Source: Octopus vulgaris (lineage: Eukaryota). Taken from it: a stretch of 64,000 nucleotides of DNA. Where the stretch lies: positions 21,762,001 through 21,826,000 of the forward strand of contig OX597838.1 of NCBI GenBank assembly GCA_951406725.2, written 5' to 3'. Below are positions 42,568 to 53,600 of this stretch, one piece after another (the first letter of the stretch is position 1; every line of letters begins with the position of its first letter). The notes under the pieces were generated by a model. It was not told where the DNA came from and did no database searches. It saw only the letters and a list, made by a program, of their open reading frames with translations. Position numbers and translations under genes: made by a program.

Positions 42568-44189
42568 AATTCTCTCCTAGTTTCTTCCCCTTCTCCTCCT
42601 CCTCTTTCTTCTATTCCTCCTTCTTCTGATTCTTTTTCCTTCCACTTTCATCTCTTCCTTCAAGTCGTCGCCTTCCAGAAATAGTCTGAAAAAAAAAGTA
42701 ATGGTAAATAATGGTAAACCAACTGTTTAACAATAACAAAATCAACAACAATAACAATAACAACGGATGCGATAAAAATCTACGCAGCAGCAACAGCGTC
42801 AGCTGCAACAGCAGCAGTAGCCGCCGCAGCAGCAATATCACCAATAATATAATGGCTTTTATTCATGGTTATCGTTTTCACGCGAATATGCATAAATGTA
42901 TACTTATTTAAAATTTAGTTGCGTCTATATTTTAGTCAATAATTTTAATAACGTTCTCGGTTCACTGGTTTTCTGCGAAGGCTAGAGCATTTCCATGCCC
43001 AATCACCCCTCCCCCACCATCACCATCACCATCACCCCCACCATCACCATCACCCCCCACCACCATCACCCGTCGCCGTTGTTTTTGTTGTTGTCTGCAA
43101 GATAAGGACGTAGTTTTGGAGGTCGTGAGTTATTGTCGAATTTCATATTTCTTGAATCGTTGCATTGTTGAATTTTGAGATTATTCGATCTGAAGGAGTG
43201 AATATTTCACAAAGCCAACAAGTCTCAGAGCGTCCTGGTTGGCTTATCAAAGAAAATGGGGCAATAACCTCACCCCTCAAGTAACGTTCTTAAACGCAAC
43301 ATCATTTCACTATAACGCTAAGAGCCTCCAAATGACGTTCAACCGTTGCAATCACAACAACGCTCATGCGTTTTCTGCGAAGGAGCCGTGTTCCACAAGC
43401 TAGACGGTCCATCAGCTATCGATATCCTCCGCATGAATGACTGAATATGTCGTGGCTAATGATGCGAAGATTTGCGCTGATGTTATATCGTCAGCGATTC
43501 TTCGACTGTTAGCAGCTGTGGTCGTCCTTTCGTTGACACTGGTTTTCCGCAGCTCGTCTCTTTCACAGATCTGCGGTGCTAGATCAAGCTTAAACTGCGG
43601 CAGGATACCTGGCATTTGGAGTTCCACCAGGGGCTAACAGACTTTTGCCAGTCGGACAGGATGAAGATATCAGTGGTGCTATAGTGGTGTGGGGTCGTTT
43701 GAACTCTCCGTACGCTAGGAAGGTTAGAGGTGAAGTCGATGACAGTATATTTCACTTGACAAGGTAGCATGTGGTTAATGTCTGTTACCATCTTCCATTG
43801 TTCCGTAGTGAGAAGTAAGTTTTATTTCCCTGTCGTGGGAATGAAATGAGAATGAGATGTAAGGGTACAATGTTTTTGAGATTCCGGTTCGAATGTAAGG
43901 CAGGTCTGAAAGGGTTCCCAACAGTTATTAGTAGCAGTGGTTAGAGTGTTTATGACGAATATGTATGTATATATGTGAGGTAATAGTTTCACTATGATAG
44001 TGAAAATATTAAACTGAAAGTATCTCACATTGCAATAGAGACGTTATTGTTTCACTTTTGACTCGTAATACTGAAATAGTGCAAGAGATAAAAGATTGGT
44101 CTGTGCTCGCATTAAGCAAGAAGTTGAAAAGTTTTTGGGCCCATGACACTGCATGGACCGTAAGTAAAGTATGTGTAAAGTTTTTTACT

Positions 44190-44326
44190 CTCCTTGTTCC
44201 TTTCTGTGGAAGAGCGTAGGCTCGAAACGTTAAAGACTTTTTCACTTCCCAAGCGTTACACTAATACATCTGTTTGTTGTTTACACCACCTGTCTTCGTC
44301 TTTTGTTTTTTTTGTGAATTCTCCCT
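44190..44326 (+). mobile_element. Probable PLE 3'-end fragment (second family) with hammerhead-like motif
   Basis: CTTT-CTGTGGAA-GAGC-GTAG-GCTC-GAAA-CG-TT-AAAG at 44200-44235; homologous to 5760-5925(+) and 5935-6075(-); ends in a microsatellite. Confidence 0.55.
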
Positions 44327-44376
44327 ATACATACATACATACATACATACATACATACATACATACATTGATATGC

Positions 44377-44450
<74 letters not shown>

Positions 44451-44482
44451 AGTTGAGTTGTGGGGTATCGCACGAGTGGGAT

Positions 44483-45337
44483 TATATATGAAAAAAGGTT
44501 TGAAAATGCAATTTAAACGATGTTTATTTACTTAACCGGTTTCACTCTTTGTTAAAAAGATTGTCAAAAGTAACATTGAATATTATGGGTTCAAAAAAAG
44601 TTTTTTACATAATTGTCACATTGAATATTATGAATTCAAAAATGTTTTTTTATACATAATTGTCACATTACATGTATAAATATAGTATAAAAAAGTTCAA
44701 TAGTGTGATGAGAATATTTGGAAAAATTGGCAGAAAAGAATAAAACAAATATATTATTGGAAATTTGGTTGCGTTAATTATTGGTTGTCGCAAATTGTCA
44801 CATTACATGTATATATATACAGTCTTTGGTAGAAATGACATGTTAAAGACATAAGGAAGTGTAATAGTTTGGTGAGAAAGCTTGTAATATTGACAGAGAA
44901 AATTAAAATGGATATTTTAGACATCTCAGAATATTTTGAATCGAAGGCGAGAATTTGTTTTTTACTGACCTGTTTGTTTTAGCAGAAAAGTTGAATTGAG
45001 AGAAAAAAAGATATGTACCCAATTTGGTTTATACTTCCCCTTCAAGCATCAGTGACTTTGGGGTTATTGGGAGGTGAGTATGCGGGTGTGAATAGATGTG
45101 TCCGTGTGCCTGCTGGTCAGACAGCGTCTGTTTGTCACACACATATATACACACACACACACAACAACAATACACACACACACATAGTATACACACACAC
45201 ACCACATACACACAACACACACACACACAGAACACACACACACACAACGCACCCACATATATAATATATACACACAGCACACAAATATAACATGTATTTA
45301 TATATAATATACACACATATATAAAACATACACACAC

Positions 45338-45376
<39 letters not shown>

Positions 45377-46171
45377 CACACGCACACATATATACATAAT
45401 ATAAATATCACACAAATACACCTAGCATATATATACACATACAATACACATACACAGCATGTATATAATACACATACACAATATATGCATGCAATATACA
45501 TACGCAATACATACATATAATATATATATATATAGACAATGCATATACATATATACATATATACATATAAATAGTGTTTACATACACATACATAGAAATA
45601 CCACATATACACACAATATACATACATACAATGCATACATATACACGTACGCATACATATAAAATATATAGACACACACACACATAACATACATACACAA
45701 TGCATACATATATATACACGCAACGTATATACATGTATTCATGTATATATAGCACACTTACAATATACATATATACAATGCACACATACACACATATATA
45801 CACTTAATTGTACACATACATATACAATACACATACATACAATATACATATACACAATGCGCATGCAAATAATGCACATGTTTATACACCCATATACATG
45901 AAAATATATATACACACACACACATACACACACACATATATATATATACACATATATATATATATATACACATATACATACATACATACATGCACATACA
46001 TATATTTTTTCACACACATACACACACATATATATATAAAATTCACACACACACCCACACACACAAAATACAAACCTATAGTGTACACACTCAAATATAT
46101 CTCTACATACCGCACACACACACAAACAATGTACTCACATATACACACATACCATGCATATACACACACAG

Positions 46172-46203
<32 letters not shown>

Positions 46204-46320
46204 AACAAATACACATGTAAATACATACACTCGTACACAATGCTCACACACACACACATACACACACACACGCACACAGTGCACACACACACACATATAT
46301 ACACACGTGCACACACACAC
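44483..46320. repeat. Left arm of ~1.84 kb near-perfect inverted repeat
   Basis: Begins TATATATGAAAAAAGGTTTGAAAATGC. Mirrored ORF-track peptides (45013-45264+ vs 49204-49455-, 45408-45803- vs 48668-49063+) are identical. Confidence 0.95.
44528..44573 (-). ncRNA. Candidate minimal type I hammerhead ribozyme (U3-A8 core variant) in PLE 3' pseudo-LTR
   Basis: Minus strand reads TTACTT-TTGACAA-TCTTTTT-AAC-AAAGAGT-GAAA-CCGG-TT-AAGTAA: 6-bp stem I, core UUGACAA, stem II, GAAA, palindromic stem III (AACCGGTT), GUU cleavage triplet. Confidence 0.6.
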
Positions 46321-46624
46321 ACAACGCGCGCACACACACACACATACACACACGCACACAGTGCACACACACACACACACACATAAACACACGCGCACAC
46401 ACACACACACAACGTGCACACTCACACACACACACACAACACTCACACACATACATAACCTACATATATATAATGCATGCGTGTGCGTGCCACGTATGTG
46501 TGCGGTCAATGCCCGCTAGTGTGTCCTATGCGTGCCGATGCGCGCATGTGCCCACCCGCACGATATGCTGTGAGTGTGCGCGTGCCCCCGTGTGCCTGCT
46601 CTGGATGTGTGCCCAGGGGGTATG

Positions 46625-48133
46625 TTAGAGTATGTTTAGTTGTGGTCTGTATTTTTGAATAAGATTACTTTCCTTATTTATTCGTGTTTGGTCTGTGGTG
46701 TTGTCCGAGCATTGGTATAGTGGGAAGACTAAGAATTTGGGGGACTTATTGTGTGCACAAAGGTCTAAGTGTCCACTTAGTGGTATCTGTCTTGTGGAGG
46801 GGTCCCTCAGTTGTTGTCGGTGAACTGTCATTCTTTCTCTGAGGGTAAGGCTCGTTTGCCCTATGTAGTCTTCGTGGCATCCTTCACACCTTATGACGTA
46901 GAGTAAATTTTTTGATGCGCACGTGAAATTATTTTTTATGATGAATGTGTGTCCCGAGTGGAACTTGTACGACGATCCCTCAATGAGGTGGATGCAGGTC
47001 TTGCAATTGGGGCGACCACATTTTTTGATGGTGGGCGGTGGGTTTGTGTTGTGTAATTTTGCGTTGGTGAGGAGGTTTTTTAGGGATTTAGGTTGTCTCT
47101 TACTTTTTATTATTTTATGAGCTGCCAGTATTTTTTTCAGGCGTGGGTCTTGATTTAGTTGTGGAATGTTGTTGTATATAATAGTGTAAGCTTCTGCATT
47201 CCTTGGGTTGTGTGTTGAGAGATAGGGGAGGCTATTTACTGAACTGTGGATGTGTTTGGGTTTTCGTAGGTCTTGAATGTTGATTGATTTGGCCCGTTCT
47301 ATTCCGTTGTCTACTAGTGATGCCGGGTAATGTCTTTCGAGAAGAATTGCCCTTAGTTCCCGGAGTCTTCTATTTCGTGTTGTGTCATTTGAGACAATAG
47401 TGCAGATTCTTCTCGCTAGGTTAAAGGGGATATTTGTCTTTGTGTGTTTTGGGTGATTGGAGGTGAATAGAAGGTATTGTTTAGAGTCAGTGGGTTTGTA
47501 ATGGATGTCAGTTTCAATGTTGACGCCTTTTTTAATGATTAGGATGTCAAGAAAAGGGAGTTGGTCCTGACTATATTCCATTGTGAATTGAATGTTGTTA
47601 TTAACACTGTTGATAAGGTTTTTGAAGTCTTTAAGTTGGTCGAGTGTGTGGGACCATAGGATGAGGCAATCATCTAAGTAGCGTTTCCAGTTCTCCAACA
47701 GGTATTTGTGGAAAGACTGGCCGTACTTATATTTGGATTTTTCATAGATATGTGATTCCAGGTAGGCCATCACCAGGTTTGCATAGGTAGGTGCAACTTT
47801 CGTACCCATTGCAGTTCCTGAGACCTGTCTGTAAGTGTTGTTGTGGAAATACATGAAGTTGTTTTGCAGAATAAATTTGAGGCCCTCAATTATGAATTCT
47901 TTTTTAATTCTTTCCGGGATCTCATTGGGATATTTATCCAGCCAGAATTTAATGGCTTCCAGTCCATATTCATGTGGGATTGTGGTGTAAAGATTAATAA
48001 CATCAAAAGAAACGATTAAGGTGTCTTTATCGGCATGTTTGGGGAGATGATTTAATAGGTCCAGGTCATCTCTTACAATACTTGGAATGTGTTTCAGTAT
48101 TGGCTTTAAGATGATATCTATAAAGTTGCTAAG
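46625..48133 (-). CDS. Penelope-like element ORF (reverse transcriptase + C-terminal GIY-YIG endonuclease), 5'-truncated, Neptune-like
   Basis: Track ORF 46625-47854 extends in frame upstream without stops by 93 codons (LSNFIDIILKP...LIVSFDVINLYTTIP...LQNNF). RT motifs: SFDVINLYT, YRQVSGTAMGTKVAPTYANL, WKRYLDD, LPFLDI, YKPTDSKQYL. Cys-rich linker CGRPNCKTC. GIY-YIG: LLYVIRCEGCHEDYIGQT...RERMTVH...SGH...KESNLI. No initiator Met, so the N-terminus is missing. Confidence 0.95.
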   Translation of the reverse strand, partial: LSNFIDIILKPILKHIPSIVRDDLDLLNHLPKHADKDTLIVSFDVINLYTTIPHEYGLEAIKFWLDKYPNEIPERIKKEFIIEGLKFILQNNFMYFHNNTYRQVSGTAMGTKVAPTYANLVMAYLESHIYEKSKYKYGQSFHKYLLENWKRYLDDCLILWSHTLDQLKDFKNLINSVNNNIQFTMEYSQDQLPFLDILIIKKGVNIETDIHYKPTDSKQYLLFTSNHPKHTKTNIPFNLARRICTIVSNDTTRNRRLRELRAILLERHYPASLVDNGIERAKSINIQDLRKPKHIHSSVNSLPYLSTHNPRNAEAYTIIYNNIPQLNQDPRLKKILAAHKIIKSKRQPKSLKNLLTNAKLHNTNPPPTIKKCGRPNCKTCIHLIEGSSYKFHSGHTFIIKNNFTCASKNLLYVIRCEGCHEDYIGQTSLTLRERMTVHRQQLRDPSTRQIPLSGHLDLCAHNKSPKFLVFPLYQCSDNTTDQTRINKESNLIQKYRPQLNIL

Positions 48134-48150
48134 TTGCTAAGTCTGTGTGT

Positions 48151-48269
48151 CTGTGTGTGTGTGCACGTGTGTATATATGTGTGTGTGTGTGCACTGTGTG
48201 CGTGTGTGTGTGTATGTGTGTGTGTGTGAGCATTGTGTACGAGTGTATGTATTTACATGTGTATTTGTT

Positions 48270-48301
<32 letters not shown>

Positions 48302-49094
48302 CTGTGTGTGTATATGCATGGTATGTGTGTATATGTGAGTACATTGTTTGTGTGTGTGTGGTATGTAGAGATATATTTGAGTGTGTACACTATAGGTTTG
48401 TATTTTGTGTGTGTGGGTGTGTGTGTGAATTTTATATATATATGTGTGTGTATGTGTGTGAAAAAATATATGTATGTGCATGTATGTATGTATGTATATG
48501 TGTATATATATATATATATGTGTATATATATATATGTGTGTGTGTATGTGTGTGTGTGTATATATATTTTCATGTATATGGGTGTATAAACATGTGCATT
48601 ATTTGCATGCGCATTGTGTATATGTATATTGTATGTATGTGTATTGTATATGTATGTGTACAATTAAGTGTATATATGTGTGTATGTGTGCATTGTATAT
48701 ATGTATATTGTAAGTGTGTTATATATACATGAATACATGTATATACGTTGCGTGTATATATATGTATGCATTGTGTATGTATGTTATGTGTGTGTGTGTC
48801 TATATATTTTATATGTATGCGTACGTGTATATGTATGCATTGTATGTATGTATATTGTGTGTATATGTGGTATTTCTATGTATGTGTATGTAAACACTAT
48901 TTATATGTATATATGTATATATGTATATGCATTGTCTATATATATATATATTATATGTATGTATTGCGTATGTATATTGCATGCATATATTGTGTATGTG
49001 TATTATATACATGCTGTGTATGTGTATTGTATGTGTATATATATGCTAGGTGTATTTGTGTGATATTTATATTATGTATATATGTGTGCGTGTG

Positions 49095-49142
<48 letters not shown>

Positions 49143-49974
49143 TTTATATATGTGTGTATATTATATATAAATACATGTTATATTTGTGTGCTGTGTGTAT
49201 ATATTATATATGTGGGTGCGTTGTGTGTGTGTGTGTTCTGTGTGTGTGTGTGTTGTGTGTATGTGGTGTGTGTGTGTATACTATGTGTGTGTGTGTATTG
49301 TTGTTGTGTGTGTGTGTGTATATATGTGTGTGACAAACAGACGCTGTCTGACCAGCAGGCACACGGACACATCTATTCACACCCGCATACTCACCTCCCA
49401 ATAACCCCAAAGTCACTGATGCTTGAAGGGGAAGTATAAACCAAATTGGGTACATATCTTTTTTTCTCTCAATTCAACTTTTCTGCTAAAACAAACAGGT
49501 CAGTAAAAAACAAATTCTCGCCTTCGATTCAAAATATTCTGAGATGTCTAAAATATCCATTTTAATTTTCTCTGTCAATATTACAAGCTTTCTCACCAAA
49601 CTATTACACTTCCTTATGTCTTTAACATGTCATTTCTACCAAAGACTGTATATATATACATGTAATGTGACAATTTGCGACAACCAATAATTAACGCAAC
49701 CAAATTTCCAATAATATATTTGTTTTATTCTTTTCTGCCAATTTTTCCAAATATTCTCATCACACTATTGAACTTTTTTATACTATATTTATACATGTAA
49801 TGTGACAATTATGTATAAAAAAACATTTTTGAATTCATAATATTCAATGTGACAATTATGTAAAAAACTTTTTTTGAACCCATAATATTCAATGTTACTT
49901 TTGACAATCTTTTTAACAAAGAGTGAAACCGGTTAAGTAAATAAACATCGTTTAAATTGCATTTTCAAACCTTT

Positions 49975-49985
<11 letters not shown>
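48151..49985. repeat. Right arm of ~1.84 kb near-perfect inverted repeat
   Basis: Ends ...GCATTTTCAAACCTTTTTTCATATATA; reverse complement of 44483-46320 with only a few differences seen by eye. Confidence 0.95.
49895..49940 (+). ncRNA. Second copy of the candidate hammerhead ribozyme (right inverted arm)
   Basis: Identical to the reverse complement of 44528-44573. Confidence 0.6.
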
Positions 49986-50018
<33 letters not shown>

Positions 50019-50035
50019 GTGTGTGTGTGTGTGTT

Positions 50036-50066
<31 letters not shown>

Positions 50067-50539
50067 TTGTGTGTGGGTGGGTGTTTGTGTGTGGGTGCTC
50101 CTCTCTACCTACCTTCACACCTGTACATCCATTATCAATGCATACCTCCTGTAAATAAGACAGTGATGTTAATGAATTTCACAACGTATGGACATAGCGC
50201 TCTGTAAATATTACCTGAGGAGATAAATGTCCAAGAAAAATTGATGAAATCATTAACATTTACAATTATATAATGTCTTACAATATTAGAGAAAATGGCG
50301 TTTTACTGATTGTGTTGATCGTCTGCTTACAGACTTGATGACGTCACCGGTGCCTTGGCACAGTCGGTTGTTTGTCAAGGATATGAGAAAATGTCAGACG
50401 TTATCTTAATAGGTTTCATTGTCACAGCGTTAGTTTCCGGTCAGTATATATAACTGGCCACATCTCGTCTTTTTTATTTTATCAATCAGCCAAACGATCA
50501 ATCACTCAATCTATCTATTTCTCTGTCTACCTGCTAGCA

Positions 50540-50627
<88 letters not shown>

Positions 50628-50661
50628 AATCTATCAATCTATCTATCTATCTATCTATCTA

Positions 50662-50696
<35 letters not shown>

Positions 50697-50774
50697 GACT
50701 GTCTGACTTTCTGTCTATTTACCTCTGTAGCTATCGTTGTCCACCTGACTGCTTGTCTTTCTGCCTGTCAGTGT

Positions 50775-50865
<91 letters not shown>

Positions 50866-51227
50866 CTGATGTGCTCTCACGAGTTGCAGGAATCATAGGG
50901 CTTGCTATCCAATCCAGTTACAATGGCAGATAAGGGTTCAAGATCAGAGCACTGCTCCTGAACAAGACGCTAGTCCGTAGCAAGCTTGCGCATTTATGGC
51001 TGAGTATACTGAAGCAGCGTGAAATGAAGAATTTTGCGCAAGAACACAACGCACGACACGATTCGGGAATCGAAACCCCAGTCTATAGTAGAAGACACTT
51101 GCCCAAGGTGCCACGCAGTGGGACTGAACCAGGAACCATGTGGTTCGTAAGCAAGCTACTTACCACACAGCCACTCTTACGCCTAATGTGTATATATATA
51201 TATATGTGTGTATATGCGTATGCGTGT

Positions 51228-51395
<168 letters not shown>

Positions 51396-51733
51396 TGTAC
51401 AAAGAAATTCCAGCTTTAATTTTCACGTTTTATTTACATATACATACATGACTATAGATATATGAATGTATCTATGTTTGTATGCATACATGTATGTTTG
51501 TATGTATGTATGTCTAGCTTTATTTCACAGAGTTAATGTCTGAGCAAAGCAACTCCGCTTTCGGTAATTCAACGCCAACTGAAAAGAGAACAATTTGTTC
51601 TACACCATCTTTAATTCCTCTGTTTGGATTTCTGGTCTCTTAGATCTTCCAGTCAAGAAATTCCATACGTGTGTGTGTGTGTGTATGTGTATGTGTATAT
51701 CTGTACACACACACACACACACACACACACAGA

Positions 51734-51788
<55 letters not shown>

Positions 51789-51867
51789 GTATATGTATAT
51801 ATACATATCTATCTATCTCTATCTCTCTATATATAAAGTACGTATACGTGTACACTCTGTCTGTCTG

Positions 51868-51901
<34 letters not shown>

Positions 51902-52180
51902 ACACACACACGTGCATATACATGTTAAGTATACCTCTGTACTTATTCAATTTAGTCGTCCTGTGATAAGAAAAGAATATAATTATAACACAGCAATTCT
52001 TTTGCTTATCAGTGAGCAGTAAACCAAGAAGAAAGAAGACCGATCAGCTAATTGGTTTCTGGTGTTAAACAATCATCGCCCTCTGGAGAAAATTACTAGT
52101 TTTCTGTCCAAGTTTATATAAATAACGGGAGGAATCTTTAACATTTATCCCAAGACCAACATTTTACTTATATGCATCCA

Positions 52181-52723
52181 CACGAGTGTCGGCTGAAAAG
52201 TTGATAAGCTGGCCAAAATTCTCTGATGGAATGTGATCAAATGAGGTTTTATTTTTCAGCGTAGATCCCCCTTGCGGTCCACACACTTCTTTCTTCGGTG
52301 TTGTATTGCTTCGATCCTATTGGTGCAGAAGCTTTTATCGCGTTGGGCCCCCAAAAGTCATCAACAGCAGATATGACGTCATCGTCACTGCGCTGCTGTT
52401 TCCCAGGCAAGTGTTTTCTCATGTTGGAGAACAGATGATGGTTAGAAACGGCAGCCAAATCGGGAAAATAGGGAGTTCAAAGCCATACTCTTTACTCTTT
52501 ACTACTCTTTTACTTGTTTCAGTCATATGATTGTGGTCATGCTGGAGCACCGCTTTTAGTCGAGAAAATCGACCGCCCCCCAGGACTTATTCTTTGTAAG
52601 CCTAGTACTTATTCTATCGGTCTCTTTTTGCCAAATCGTTAAGTTACGGGGACGTAAACACACCAGCATCGGTTGTCAAGCGATGCTGGGGGGACAAACA
52701 CAGTCACACAAACATATACACAC

Positions 52724-52766
<43 letters not shown>

Positions 52767-53600
52767 CATATATACGACGGGCTTCTTTCAGTTTCCATCA
52801 ACCAAATCCACTCACAAGGCTTTGGTGGGCCCGAGGCTATAGTAGAAGACACTTGCCCAAGATGCCACGCAGTGGGACTGAACGCGGAAACATGTGGTTC
52901 GTAAGCAAGCTACTTACCACATAGCCAATCCTACGCCATAGTTACACACCGCAGCCATTGAAACAAAAGACTTGTGTGCTGGAGCATTGTCCTGGGGAAA
53001 CAAGACCCCTTTTGTCAGTTTTTCTGGGTATTTGGTCCTGATAACCTTTCGTAACTACCTCAGAATGTTAGCATATTACTCTCCATTGATGCTGTGGTCG
53101 TTTTGAAGACAGTCAATAGACACAATGCCTTTTGCATCCCCCAAAACGGAAGCCATTTCGAAATACAGTTAAATTGTGAATCACAACGGATCATCGGGGT
53201 TTCACTTTATTGCATTGTGTTAGGTCAAATAACATTTGATCTCTGTGGCGTAATGTAATAAAGTGTTCTCTTGACGAACCGTCGTGGTTCTGCTTTCAAT
53301 TACTCTTGGAATATTAACTGCAAAGTTTTGCAGATGATATCTGGGTTAGTTTACCATTGTGGAAGGTTCTCTTGTGTACTCTCATTCATCTGCTTCATTC
53401 ACTATACGTTGCTTCCATGATCAAACTCGCACAGCTGTTTCAGGTCAGAATCTTGACACCATGTAGGACACTGTTAGAGCTTCATAATGGCGTCGTCTGC
53501 TCTCTTGCGGTATGAAAAATCTCCCTCTAAGAACTTGATTGTGCCTCCATGTCTTCATCTACTTTGGTTCGTACAACTTTCTTGCATGAATACACCAGTT
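52181..53600 (-). mobile_element. Decayed mariner element interrupted by a SINE
   Basis: Minus strand: DAKGIV.ID...INGEYYANIL...KGVLFPQDNAPAHKS..SMAAVCNYG|FEL...PDLAA..HHLFSNMRKHL.GK...DDDVISAV. Reading resumes across the SINE at 52488-52937. The upstream part (53200-53600) is heavily degraded. Confidence 0.8.
52488..52937 (-). mobile_element. SINE family A inserted into mariner
   Basis: Flanked by GCCATA at 52482-52487 and 52935-52940 (TSD or microhomology). Confidence 0.85.

Larger units (their letters stand above)
44445..49985 (-). mobile_element. Composite PLE insertion: ORF + long 3' UTR/pseudo-LTR, with an inverted copy of the 3' region at the truncated 5' end
   Basis: Both outer ends abut (TA)n. 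44483-46320 is the reverse complement of 48151-49985. The ORF and proximal UTR (46321-48150) lie between the arms. Confidence 0.9.

Noticed and set aside
45025-45065. CTGATG motif in the PLE UTR (minus strand) as a further hammerhead
   Set aside because: Reads CTGATGC with no in-register GAAA or stems.
47854-47854. Track start codon of the PLE ORF
   Set aside because: Internal Met; the frame and RT homology continue to 48133, so the element is 5'-truncated and unlikely to be autonomous.
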